DNA of 64,000 nucleotides from an uncultured delta proteobacterium (GCA_963711565.1 CAVQEQ010000003.1:1152001-1216000); one strand, 5' to 3'. Shown: positions 29,274 to 41,730, counted from the first letter of the stretch. Translations and numbers: made by a program. The notes: a model not told the origin generated them from the sequence alone.

Positions 29274-30839
29274 TCATCCGATCTGCTTGCGATTCGCCGA
29301 CGGCGGGATTCCCATCGCCTGTCGATACTTGGCCACCGTGCGGCGCGCGATATTGATCTGCCTGGCGCGCAACATTTCCGCGATCGCCTGATCCGAGAGC
29401 GGGCTTTGCGGAGTCTCCAACGTCACCATCCCGCGGATCTGTTCCTTGACCGTTTCGGCGCTCACGTCCTCGCCGCCGGCGCCCTTGACGCCCGAGGTAA
29501 AGAAAAATTTCAGCTCGTAAATCCCCTGCGGCGTATGCGCGTACTTGTTGGCGGTTGCGCGGCTGATCGTGGACTCGTGCATCCCGATGTCTTCGGCAAC
29601 GTCCTTCAGCACCAGCGGTTTCAGCAGGCTGATGCCGTGATCGAAGAACGCGCGCTGGAATTTCACGATCGAGGTCGCCACTTTGAAGATCGTCTGCTGG
29701 CGCTGGTAGATCGATTTCACCAGCCATCGCGCCGAGCGCAGCCGCTCCGCCAGGTACTCGCGCGTCTCGGGCGCGACGTCGGCGTCGTTGAGCACGCGCT
29801 GGTAGTAACCGGCCAGGCGCAGGCGCGGCACCGCGTCGCGATTGAGCGTGACGACGTACTCTTCGCCGACTTTGTGGATATAAACGTCGGGCGTCACGTA
29901 GGTCGGCTCGTCGCCGCCGTAGTCGCGTCCCGGCTTGGGCTCGAGCAGCGAGATTATCTTGGCCGCCTGCCCGACTGTTTCGATCGGCACGCCGAGGACT
30001 TTCGCGATTTCGGCGTAGCGATGCTTCTCGAGCAGGTCCAGGTGATTGCTGATAATTCGCGCGGCCAGCGATTCTTCCATCCCGAGATTCTGCAACTGCG
30101 CGAGCAGGCATTCGCGCAGATCGCGCGCGGCGACGCCGGGCGGATCGAAACGCTGCACCCGCGCAAGCACCCGCTCGACTTCGGCGGGCGCGACTTCAAG
30201 CTGCGCCGCCAGCTCATCGACAGGAGTTTCCAGGTATCCGTCTTCGTTGAGATTGTAGATGATAGTCGCGCCGATCGGCTGGTCGGATTCGGGCAAGCTC
30301 GACATTCTTAGCTGCCACATCATGTAGTCTTCGAGCGAACTTCGGCGCAGCGGCGTGTTTTCGAGCGCGCTGCGATGGTCGTCGTCGTTGTCGGCCGGCG
30401 CGCTTTCCTGCCAGTTGTTCGAGTAGGTCTCGAGATACTCGCGCCAGTCGAGCTTTTCGAGATTGTTGAGTTCCTTGATCTCGAGCGCGGCGTCGCGCGC
30501 CTCGACTTCGATGGTGGACGCGGGTTTCTCCTCGCGCGATCCCGTCTCCCAGTCGTCATCGGAGTTCGCGCCATTGAGGCCGTCGGTCTCAGGCGGCAGC
30601 GGTTCTCCATCGGCTTCCGCGGATGCTTCAGGATCCGACCTCTCGGATTCCGACGCGGCTTCGGCGGGACTTTGATCGAGCGGCTCGAGCATCGGATTCT
30701 GCTCGAGTTCCGATTGCACGATCGCTTCCAGCTCCGGGAGCGAAAGCTGCAGAATCTTGATCGCCTGCTGCAGCTGCGGCGTCATCACCAGTTGCTGGCG
30801 AAGCCGCAGATCCTGACCGAGTTTTACTTCCAGCGCCAT
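29274..30839 (-). CDS. rpoN: RNA polymerase sigma-54 factor
   Basis: MTPQLQQAIKILQL, HESTISR, ARRTVAKYR RpoN box. Confidence 0.97.
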   Translation of the reverse strand: MALEVKLGQDLRLRQQLVMTPQLQQAIKILQLSLPELEAIVQSELEQNPMLEPLDQSPAEAASESERSDPEASAEADGEPLPPETDGLNGANSDDDWETGSREEKPASTIEVEARDAALEIKELNNLEKLDWREYLETYSNNWQESAPADNDDDHRSALENTPLRRSSLEDYMMWQLRMSSLPESDQPIGATIIYNLNEDGYLETPVDELAAQLEVAPAEVERVLARVQRFDPPGVAARDLRECLLAQLQNLGMEESLAARIISNHLDLLEKHRYAEIAKVLGVPIETVGQAAKIISLLEPKPGRDYGGDEPTYVTPDVYIHKVGEEYVVTLNRDAVPRLRLAGYYQRVLNDADVAPETREYLAERLRSARWLVKSIYQRQQTIFKVATSIVKFQRAFFDHGISLLKPLVLKDVAEDIGMHESTISRATANKYAHTPQGIYELKFFFTSGVKGAGGEDVSAETVKEQIRGMVTLETPQSPLSDQAIAEMLRARQINIARRTVAKYRQAMGIPPSANRKQIG

Positions 30840-30850
30840 CGCAGAATTGC

Positions 30851-32212
30851 CTACTGTTCCGCCGTATCTCCCGGCGTCGCGCTCGCTCCTGGCGACGAGT
30901 CGGAGTGAGGAAAGAGCACCGCGTGCGCGCAATCGACCACGCTCTGGCTGGTATTCAGATACACCGTGATCTTGCAACCGGTAATCTGATCGTTGCCGTC
31001 GTGCGCGACCGGACTGCCGGTCAAAATCACGGTGCGCTTGGTCTGGTCCATGACGCCGTGCTTGCCCGTCGCCCACCGCGTGCCCTGGCTCAGCCGCACG
31101 TTGCCGTCGGCGACCATGTCCTTCATCTGTTTGAAGTCCTTGTCGAAATAGTTCACGCGCAACTGGTCGCTGGTAAGTTGTGAGTCGGCCTGGGTCGCGT
31201 GAACGTTGCCAGTCCACAGGACCGAATGATTCGTGTAGTCGAGCGACATCGACGTGGACTTGATGTAGATCGGCGCCTTGCTGTTGCCGAACTGCATCCC
31301 GCCAAAGGCACCGCCCTGGTCAGGCGGATTCGATGCGAGATTAGTTTCGCCGCCGGCCGCCGTGCCCGACGCCGTCTTATGAGCCTTGTGCGGTGCGGCA
31401 GCCTCGGCCGGCGCACTGGCAACCGGCGGAGCCGTCGCCGCGGGTGGCGGCGATGGCGGTTCGGGATTGGCGGCGTCAGCCGGAACCGGCGCGAGCACCA
31501 TCGGCGGCGCGATCGCGCCGGGTGGAGCAGTCGCCGCCGTCGTCACTGGCGTTGAATCGGGAACAGCCGCCGCAGGAGCGGTCGTGGTAGTCGTGGCAAT
31601 CGAGGGCGCTGCGGCGGGCGCGGCGTCCGCTGCGGTCACCGGCACTGCCGGCGCCGCTGGCGGAACTGGGGCAGGCGCGGCTGCAACGGGAGGCGGCGAA
31701 GGCGGTACCGGCGCAGGAACGGCTGCGACTGCCGGCGCCGCTGCCGGAGGCAGCGGCGCGATAGGCTTGACTGCCGTGGACGGCGCGGCCGCAGGCGCGA
31801 CGTCTGCGGCGGTCACCGGCACGTCCGGCACCGACGACGGCGCCGCGGCGGGCGCGACCGCGACGGCAGGCGCCGCGGGCGGCGCTTCTGCCGGAGCCGT
31901 CGCGACTGCCGGCTGGGCCTGCGTGCCGCTGTCCGCCGCGGGCGCAGCCGGCGGCGCGCCGGGTACTCCACCGGTCACACTGATCGAATCGTCGCCCGAT
32001 TCATCGCTGTTAGCCGGTTGCGGAGCGGCTACGGGCGGCGGCGCCGAACTGGCCGGTACATTGCGAATCGAATCGCCGACTGTCTTCGCGTCCGGCGAAC
32101 CCATCGGCGCGTTGTTGCCATCCTGCGCCAACGCCGCCGATGCGAGCGCGATTGCGACTATCGCGGTCGCGACGATATGCGCCGCTCGACTAACTTTGCT
32201 TCGGTTTTTCAC
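30851..32212 (-). CDS. lptA: LptA/OstA family protein with long Pro/Ala-rich N-terminal region
   Basis: Signal peptide; C-terminal PIYIKS..GNVHATQ..L.SDQL..ADGNVR..LTGSP..GCKI OstA pattern; located after lptC. Confidence 0.75.
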   Translation of the reverse strand: MKNRSKVSRAAHIVATAIVAIALASAALAQDGNNAPMGSPDAKTVGDSIRNVPASSAPPPVAAPQPANSDESGDDSISVTGGVPGAPPAAPAADSGTQAQPAVATAPAEAPPAAPAVAVAPAAAPSSVPDVPVTAADVAPAAAPSTAVKPIAPLPPAAAPAVAAVPAPVPPSPPPVAAAPAPVPPAAPAVPVTAADAAPAAAPSIATTTTTAPAAAVPDSTPVTTAATAPPGAIAPPMVLAPVPADAANPEPPSPPPAATAPPVASAPAEAAAPHKAHKTASGTAAGGETNLASNPPDQGGAFGGMQFGNSKAPIYIKSTSMSLDYTNHSVLWTGNVHATQADSQLTSDQLRVNYFDKDFKQMKDMVADGNVRLSQGTRWATGKHGVMDQTKRTVILTGSPVAHDGNDQITGCKITVYLNTSQSVVDCAHAVLFPHSDSSPGASATPGDTAEQ

Positions 32213-32789
32213 TATCTTTTTTTGGCGTAACTTCAGTCTGAACCTGCGTATGAAGCTCGAACACGCGCGTCTTGGGGTGACCGCTCAGTCCGATCCCCGT
32301 CACTTTTAATCCGTCGCCCACGATCGTCACGAGGCCGGGCGCATCGACCTGGTCGTCATCCGGCATAAAGGTCGCCGAATCCGTGGTGAGCACATAGTCG
32401 CCCAGGTGGATGATCGTCCCGCCGGTCAAGTGCGCGCGAGTCACATGATTCCCGTTCAAGGTCAAATCAGCATGCGGCGAGTTGACGACCACTGGCTTGC
32501 CGTCCGACGAGACCATCGTGACTACCGCATCGGTCAGCTTGAGCGTGGTCTTGTCGGCCGAGTAGTCCGCCTCGCCAGCCGTCAGCACCCACTGACGTTC
32601 GCCGGCTTTCATTTGCGTCCAGTGGAAATTATGCGCCCGCAGGAGAGTTCCCGGGACCAGCCCAGCCGCCGTCTCCAACACTTGGGTGGCAGAGCGATGG
32701 CGGACGATCCATACCGTCGCAATCAGCAGGACAATCAGCGCTACTGCGCCGAAACCAGCCAGCGCCTTAGCGATTTTCCTGGGACTCAA
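32190..32789 (-). CDS. lptC: LPS export protein LptC
   Basis: One N-terminal TM helix, G.RQW.L.A.EA.Y beta-jellyroll pattern, gene position. Confidence 0.75.
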   Translation of the reverse strand: MSPRKIAKALAGFGAVALIVLLIATVWIVRHRSATQVLETAAGLVPGTLLRAHNFHWTQMKAGERQWVLTAGEADYSADKTTLKLTDAVVTMVSSDGKPVVVNSPHADLTLNGNHVTRAHLTGGTIIHLGDYVLTTDSATFMPDDDQVDAPGLVTIVGDGLKVTGIGLSGHPKTRVFELHTQVQTEVTPKKDSEKPKQS

Positions 32790-32810
32790 GTTCCATCTCT
32801 CCGATTACTC

Positions 32811-32839
32811 ACGGTATCAAGTGCTTTTTTTAGAGTAAA
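32811..32839 (-). promoter_or_regulatory. Putative sigma70 promoter of lptC-lptA-rpoN
   Basis: TTTACT-N17-TACCGT with a TGn extension. Confidence 0.45.
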
Positions 32840-32852
32840 CCGAACGGGCATT

Positions 32853-32868
32853 CGGCACCATACTTGCA
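32853..32868 (+). promoter_or_regulatory. Putative sigma54 -24/-12 site
   Basis: CGGCAC-CATAC-TTGCA, exact GG-N10-GC spacing. Confidence 0.6.
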
Positions 32869-32940
32869 ATCCGCCGCGAACTTGCACTCAATATTCGGCG
32901 GACGGAGGCGCTTGACCTCATCCGATCGGGCTACTGCAAA

Positions 32941-36174
<3,234 letters not shown>

Positions 36175-36235
36175 CGAGACATCGGCCAGAAACTTTCTCC
36201 GATTTTCGAGGTTGTCGATTTGAGGGACACGAACG

Positions 36236-36265
36236 ACGGTAACCGACCGCCGCGATGTTTGTCAA
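36236..36265 (-). promoter_or_regulatory. Putative sigma70 promoter of kdsB-pyrG-kdsA
   Basis: TTGACA-N18-TACCGT. Confidence 0.5.
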
Positions 36266-36313
36266 TTTCGCGCGGCTCGATTACCAACAGTTCCGCGAAT
36301 TTCGTCACTGCCC

Positions 36314-37111
36314 CTATTCGTAAAGGGCGGGCACCGATACTCCTGCGCGATACACGGTGCTCGACAGCACCAGGCGAGGACCCTGCGCGCAGTTCGTCGA
36401 CCCCGCATGCAGTATCAGCGGATGCGTCATGAAGACGTCGCCCGGCTCGCCCGTCATCTCGACCACGCGAATGTTGACGTCGCCGATCGTGGCGCCGTCT
36501 TTCACGAACTCCCGCACGCGATCGACGTTCGCATCGAACGAGCACAGTCCCTTGACCCAGGGATGGTTGCGAATCAAGCCCTCGCGCGCCTCGGCCGATC
36601 GCAGCTTCTCAGCCGCTATCTTGTCCGCGAGATCCTGCACGAGCCGATGCGATCCCGCGAGAAAGAGCGTGCCGCCGCCTGTCGGGCGCAATTTTGCCAG
36701 GCACACGAAGAGCCGCACAGCGAAGAGACCTTCCAACCTATGCGGCGCGGGGAAATCCAGATGCCAGCTCTTATGCGGAACGTCCCATCGCTTGGTGGAT
36801 TCGGGAAACGTGACGAGCAGCGAGGCCCATCGCTCCGGCCTTTGCCAATTGCCGTTCCCCACAAGATTGTCGAGCGCCTCGCGAACCGCCGGACTGCCGA
36901 TCTCCTCGAAGTTCTCCGACTTCGGCAAATCGTGAAACCCGGCAACTCGACGCGCGCGCCACGTACTCGGGTCATCTCTGCGAATCTGAAATCGCCTGCC
37001 GAGCGTCTCCCACACGCGATCGCACATCTTCGCCGCATCGCGCGACGCAATCGCGCCCGCGACGCGCACGACGCCCAATCGATCGAATTCTTCGCGCTGT
37101 TCAGGTGTCAT
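36314..37111 (-). CDS. Phytanoyl-CoA dioxygenase family Fe/2OG oxygenase
   Basis: WHLD, GGGT..LAGSH, GDV..HP..LH. Confidence 0.85.
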   Translation of the reverse strand: MTPEQREEFDRLGVVRVAGAIASRDAAKMCDRVWETLGRRFQIRRDDPSTWRARRVAGFHDLPKSENFEEIGSPAVREALDNLVGNGNWQRPERWASLLVTFPESTKRWDVPHKSWHLDFPAPHRLEGLFAVRLFVCLAKLRPTGGGTLFLAGSHRLVQDLADKIAAEKLRSAEAREGLIRNHPWVKGLCSFDANVDRVREFVKDGATIGDVNIRVVEMTGEPGDVFMTHPLILHAGSTNCAQGPRLVLSSTVYRAGVSVPALYE

Positions 37112-37118
37112 GGCTTTG

Positions 37119-37538
37119 TTAACGTCGCAGTTGCAGCAGGTCCCAGCGGTTGCCGTAGAGGTCTTCGAACACTGCGACGGTGCCGTAGGACTCGTCGCGG
37201 GGACTTTCGCAAAACTTGACGCCGCGCGCGAGCATCTCGCGGTAGTCGCGCTGAAAGTCGTCGGTGTGAAGGAAAAATGAAACCCGGCCGCCGGTCTGAT
37301 CGCCTATTCGCGCCGTCTGCTCGGGCGTCAACGCCTGGGCGATCAGCAATCGCGTTTCGACGGACCCGGGCGGCGCGAGCAGCACCCAACGCTTGCCGCC
37401 GCCAAGCGGAGTATCCTCGACCAGCTTGAATCCGAGCGCGTTCGTGAAGTATTCGACCGCCTCATCGTAATCACGCACGACGAGTGCGACGTACCCGATG
37501 CTTTGACATTTCCTCGTTTCCATTTTTCTCGGTGCCAC
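37119..37538 (-). CDS. VOC family protein
   Basis: VRDYDEA, KRWV, YGTVAVFEDLYGNRWDL. Confidence 0.9.
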   Translation of the reverse strand: MAPRKMETRKCQSIGYVALVVRDYDEAVEYFTNALGFKLVEDTPLGGGKRWVLLAPPGSVETRLLIAQALTPEQTARIGDQTGGRVSFFLHTDDFQRDYREMLARGVKFCESPRDESYGTVAVFEDLYGNRWDLLQLRR

Positions 37539-37600
37539 AAATAAACGAGCGGCCCATTATGAGCCGCCCATCGAAAGCTATCGCGAGACGCGCGCGCTGA

Positions 37601-37726
37601 CTACTTGCCGCGAATTCTTGTCCGCCGCATCTTGCGCAGGCGGGACTTTGCCTGATGCGGATCGCTCTTTTTCTTGCGCGCCAGTTTGCGATTGCGCCGG
37701 TTGCGCTGCTTCGATGCTACCTTCAT
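37601..37726 (-). CDS. Unannotated 41-aa highly basic small protein
   Basis: MKVASKQRNRRNRKLARKKKSDPHQAKSRLRKMRRTRIRGK; AGGAG RBS; ATGA overlap with the upstream stop. Confidence 0.7.
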   Translation of the reverse strand: MKVASKQRNRRNRKLARKKKSDPHQAKSRLRKMRRTRIRGK

Positions 37727-38919
37727 TGGTTCTCCTGGTTCGGATTATTCGACGGCGGCGCGGACCCGTTGTACGCCTCGCCCCCCAGTGTGTGCGGCGC
37801 GGTGAACGCGATCGGGCTTATCGCAGTCACTTCCGTCGCCGTTCCCTCATCCTGCGCGATCACCCGCCCGAGAGGCTCGCCCGTCGTGATCGGCCCGTCG
37901 ATCGCCGGCGCCACATCGTACACCAGCTTTACCGCCGAGGCATCGGCCTTCGGCACCACGAGTTTGAGTTCACTCGACGCGACCGGTTGAATGAGCGGAC
38001 CTTCGTGGACCTGCACATGGACCGGCAGCGGCTGCCCGGACTTGAGCAGCGACACCGAGGTGAATCGATCGAAGCCCCACTCCATCAATTTCGCCGCCTG
38101 CGCAAAGCGCTGCGCATTCGACGGCGCGCCAAGAATCACAGCGATCAGCCGCATGTTGTCGCGCTTGGCCGTGGTGGTGACGTTAAATCCCGCCTGGAAC
38201 GTGAAGCCGGTCTTGAGCCCGTCACATCCTTCGAAATGCCCGATCAGATGATTGGTGTTGTTCAGGATCGCGACGCCATTGTCAAAATCCATGTGCTCCT
38301 GCCCCGACCACATCAGCAGGTTGGTCTCGCGGATTATCGCGCGGCCCACAATCGCGAGGTCGTAGGCGGTCGTGCGATCGGCGTCATGCGTCGGGCGCGG
38401 CGGCAGCCCATCGACGGTCTGATACTCCGTATGCGTCATGCCGAGTTGCTGCGCCCGCTCGTTCATCATGCGAACCATCGCCTCGACCGAACCGCCGATC
38501 TTTTCCGCGACCGCGACCGCAGCGTCGTTGGCCGATTTGACCAACGCCGCCTTCATCAACTCGCGCAGCGGATAAACGTCGCCCTCTCTCAGGCCGACGC
38601 GCGAACCGCCGGTGTGGGCGGCGCGTTCGGAGATTCTCACCAGATCGTTGCCGCTGAAGCGGCCCTCATTGATCTGCTCCTGCGCGACCAGCAGGTTCAT
38701 CATCTTGGCCATCGAGGCCGGCGGCCACTCCATGTCGGCGTTGTACGCCATCAGCACGCGGCCGCTGTCCGCGTCCTCGAGCAGCGCGCCCTTGTAGAGC
38801 GGGATGCTGGATGTCGCCGCCCTCGACGTATGCCTCGAATGTACCGTCTTATGCACCCGGCGCCATTCGGTCGTCGCGCCGGCCGGCGATGCTGCGAGCA
38901 AAACCGCCGCGCTCAACAT
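37723..38919 (-). CDS. D-alanyl-D-alanine carboxypeptidase (peptidase S11); start approximate
   Basis: PASMAK (SxxK), SAN (SxN), GLKTG; signal peptide. Confidence 0.92.
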   Translation of the reverse strand: MLSAAVLLAASPAGATTEWRRVHKTVHSRHTSRAATSSIPLYKGALLEDADSGRVLMAYNADMEWPPASMAKMMNLLVAQEQINEGRFSGNDLVRISERAAHTGGSRVGLREGDVYPLRELMKAALVKSANDAAVAVAEKIGGSVEAMVRMMNERAQQLGMTHTEYQTVDGLPPRPTHDADRTTAYDLAIVGRAIIRETNLLMWSGQEHMDFDNGVAILNNTNHLIGHFEGCDGLKTGFTFQAGFNVTTTAKRDNMRLIAVILGAPSNAQRFAQAAKLMEWGFDRFTSVSLLKSGQPLPVHVQVHEGPLIQPVASSELKLVVPKADASAVKLVYDVAPAIDGPITTGEPLGRVIAQDEGTATEVTAISPIAFTAPHTLGGEAYNGSAPPSNNPNQENQ

Positions 38920-39031
38920 CAGTACTGCCGGGACAAATTGTGCCGCTGACTTTAGACTAAAGACTGACCGCCGCCGCTTCCCCAAATCCGCCACCTGCCT
39001 TTGTCGTCTGCCGTGATCCGATTCACCGCGC

Positions 39032-39850
39032 CTAGGGATTGCGAATAAAACCGCCGCCGTCGCTTGCGCCCTTCGCGCCCCCGCTGCTCTCGACGTGCTG
39101 CAGAATCGCAAGATTGGTCCTTGCGGGCGTGTAATCGGGAATCTCACCAACCAGCTCGTTCCATTCCTGGCTCGCCCTCACGTATTTGCCTTCCTCGGCG
39201 TAAATTGCGCCGAGCGTGTTGCGCGCGTCCGGTTGACTCGGATCGATCTGTAGCGACAGTAGCGCTTCCTGCTCGGCTTGTGCGAGTGCCCCGCGACGCT
39301 CATAGGCGAGCGCGAGGTTAAAATGCGTCTCCGGCCGCTCCGGTCCAAGCAGCGCCGCCAACCGCAGCACTTCGGTCGCGTCGCGCGTCTGCCCGCTGTC
39401 AAGATAGAGCAGCCCGAGGTTCAGGAACAACTGCCAATCGTCGAGGCCAAGCTCGATCGCCTTCTGATACTCGGCGAGTTCCTGGCGATGCTCGCCGACG
39501 ACGCCGTAGGCAAACCCCAAATGATAATGCGCGAGCGCGTTGCCGGGGTCGTCGTCGATCACGATGCGGTGGCGGCGGATAGCTTCGGGATAATCTTCCA
39601 TGCCCAGGAAATAGTCTGCCAGCGGATCGCAGACCTGATCGTCGGAACTGCTGTTGGCGCTCGCCCGCGCCCTGACCGGCGACTGGAGTACCAGTGCGAT
39701 CAGTGCGACCAGGCAAATGCTCGAACGCCGAAAGCTCAACAACTTCTTGGTTCCCCTGCGGCCCGCGAAACCCGCAGGAAGAAATTCAATGCTAGCAGGA
39801 ATTTTCGCTACAAAAAAACGCGCAGCGCGTTTTGCAACGCTGCGGGTCAA
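39032..39850 (-). CDS. Exported TPR-repeat protein; start uncertain
   Basis: Repeated AHYHLG / LFLNLG / HFNLA / RNTLG TPR units. Confidence 0.85.
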   Translation of the reverse strand: MTRSVAKRAARFFVAKIPASIEFLPAGFAGRRGTKKLLSFRRSSICLVALIALVLQSPVRARASANSSSDDQVCDPLADYFLGMEDYPEAIRRHRIVIDDDPGNALAHYHLGFAYGVVGEHRQELAEYQKAIELGLDDWQLFLNLGLLYLDSGQTRDATEVLRLAALLGPERPETHFNLALAYERRGALAQAEQEALLSLQIDPSQPDARNTLGAIYAEEGKYVRASQEWNELVGEIPDYTPARTNLAILQHVESSGGAKGASDGGGFIRNP

Positions 39851-39979
39851 AAGAAGGCGTCGTGCCGCTCGCCGCGAGCCGGATCAATCCGGCTTCAGAG
39901 AACCGGCCGAACGCCGGAGGCATAGCCGAAACTGTGCCCCCCGACCCTGAATGGATCGAAGTACCTCAGGCCATTCGAA

Positions 39980-40010
39980 ACAGGGCGGCCGCTGTGCGCG
40001 GTCGCCCTGT
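39980..40010 (-). terminator. Hairpin downstream of the small secreted protein gene
   Basis: ACAGGGCGGCCGC..GCGGTCGCCCTGT 13-bp stem; U-tract is short. Confidence 0.5.
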
Positions 40011-40029
40011 CGAGTTTTCCCTCAAGCTG

Positions 40030-40296
40030 TTACGGATTGGCCGGAGGAGCCATGGCCGGCGATGCTTCCGCCGCCGGGGACGCCATCGCGCCACTGTCGC
40101 TGCTCGCGGCGGCCGCCTTGTGATGGTGGCGATGATGATGCTTGGGGGTCGCCGCCGGCGATGCATCAGCTGCTGGCGCTGACATCCCCGAGTCGCCGCC
40201 TGCCGCTGGCGACGGGGCCGCGTCCTGGGCAAATGCCGGCATCGCCAAAGCAGCGGCAAAGAAAGCTGCGGAAAGAACTGAAAGGGTGCGCTTCAT
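40030..40296 (-). CDS. Small secreted Ala/Pro-rich protein with a His/Lys patch
   Basis: Signal peptide ending AFA-Q, KHHHRHHHK, strong AGGAG RBS. Confidence 0.75.
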   Translation of the reverse strand: MKRTLSVLSAAFFAAALAMPAFAQDAAPSPAAGGDSGMSAPAADASPAATPKHHHRHHHKAAAASSDSGAMASPAAEASPAMAPPANP

Positions 40297-40359
40297 ACTC
40301 CTGGATCTCCTTGATCTGAGCGGTCCCTTAATGGGCCGCAATGTGACTATTAAGGGTAT

Positions 40360-40375
40360 TGCTATACCTGTGCCA
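40360..40375 (-). promoter_or_regulatory. Putative sigma54 promoter of the small secreted protein gene
   Basis: TGGCAC-AGGTA-TAGCA (GG-N10-GC), about 64 nt upstream of the ATG. Confidence 0.6.
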
Positions 40376-40488
40376 TCGGGGTAACGGCAAGATGTTGAGA
40401 GAACAATGCCATAATTTCTTCGCGAGAGCACGCCACGATGACCCAATCGGTCTATCGTCTATCCGCTTTGCGTATCCGTTGTCTCCGT

Positions 40489-41235
40489 TCACGGCTGCCC
40501 TGAACCACCCTGCGCCTGCCCTTCGCGCTCTGCTCTAAGCTCGCGATACAGCGCTATAAGCTCCTTAAACGCCCGCGCAACCACCTTGAGATTTGCCCCC
40601 GATTGCTCGCCCGTCAGTCGCGGCAGATGTTGCACGTCCACCTCTTTGACCTTCGCCTTGCGCCCAGCCACTCGCGCCATCAGCTCGGTCGAGATCATCG
40701 CGCCATGCGCCCGCAATTCCATCCCCTCGAGCATTTCGCGCTTGAACAATTTGAATCCGCAGTCGATATCGCTGATCGTGATGCCAAGCAGGACACGGAC
40801 CAGCGTCGTCCACGCCTTGCCATTGATGCGTCGCATTAGAGGGTCGGCGCGATGCGCGCGTCGTCCGCATACCACGTCGTACTCGGGAACGAACGGCGTC
40901 AACCGCTCCAAGTCCGCGGGATCGAACTGCCCATCGCCGTCGCATAGCAGCACATGCTGCAAAGTCGCGGCGCGAATCCCCGAGATCACCGCGCCGCCGT
41001 AGCCGCGGTTGACGGGATGACGCACTACCTTGACGTGCGAATCTTCCGCGGCCAGCCGCTCGGCGATCTCGCCGGTGCGATCGCGGCTGCCGTCGTCAAC
41101 CACGATCACCTCGAAGTTGTCCGCAACGCGCGGGCATTCGGCAACCCACGAGCGCACGACACGCTCGACGTTGCCTTCCTCGTTATGCGACGGCAGGAAA
41201 ACGCTGATGCCGGGGATTCGGACCGGGGCGCTCAC
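40489..41235 (-). CDS. Glycosyltransferase family 2 (DPM synthase-like)
   Basis: PSHNEE, VDDGSRD, NRGYGGA, DGDGQ, DIDCGFK. Confidence 0.92.
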   Translation of the reverse strand: MSAPVRIPGISVFLPSHNEEGNVERVVRSWVAECPRVADNFEVIVVDDGSRDRTGEIAERLAAEDSHVKVVRHPVNRGYGGAVISGIRAATLQHVLLCDGDGQFDPADLERLTPFVPEYDVVCGRRAHRADPLMRRINGKAWTTLVRVLLGITISDIDCGFKLFKREMLEGMELRAHGAMISTELMARVAGRKAKVKEVDVQHLPRLTGEQSGANLKVVARAFKELIALYRELRAEREGQAQGGSGQP

Positions 41236-41250
41236 GATGGCGTGTGCGGC

Positions 41251-41730
41251 TTAATCGCCAATCTCGCGGTACCCGCCGCGGAAGAACAGCAGCGGCTTGC
41301 CCTCGTGCGGAGTTTCGGCCTGCTCGATCTCGCCGATGTAAATCGTATGGTCGCCGCCGTCGATCGCGGTCGTCACCTTGCACTCGAGATATGCGAGCGC
41401 GCCGTCAAGGATAGGGGCGCCGTTCGCGCCGGCTTTGTAACTGACACCCTCGAACTTGTTGCCCCCGCTGACCGCGAACTTGCGCGACAACGCCTCCTGA
41501 TCCGACGCCAGCACGTTGACGGTAAAGATTTTGGTCTCCTCGAAGCACGGATAGCTCTCGGCCTTCTTGTCCACGCAGATCAGCGCGAGTGGCGGTATCA
41601 GCGAGACCGACGTGAACGCGTTGGCGGTCAGGCCATGCAGCTCGCCCGAGCTGCGCAGCGACGTGATCACGGTGACGCCCGTCGCGAAATGCCCCATCAC
41701 GCGCCGCAGTTCGTTCTTTTCGATTGGCAT
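41251..41730 (-). CDS. Flavin reductase family protein
   Basis: FATGVTVIT, SVSL.PP, GDHTIYIG, PLLFFRG. Confidence 0.93.
   Translation of the reverse strand: MPIEKNELRRVMGHFATGVTVITSLRSSGELHGLTANAFTSVSLIPPLALICVDKKAESYPCFEETKIFTVNVLASDQEALSRKFAVSGGNKFEGVSYKAGANGAPILDGALAYLECKVTTAIDGGDHTIYIGEIEQAETPHEGKPLLFFRGGYREIGD

Noticed and set aside
31380-32100. Tandem repeat or CRISPR-like array; 307-aa + strand Gly/Ala ORF
   Set aside because: This is low-complexity coding sequence of lptA, and the + ORF is its antisense shadow. There is no repeat-spacer periodicity.
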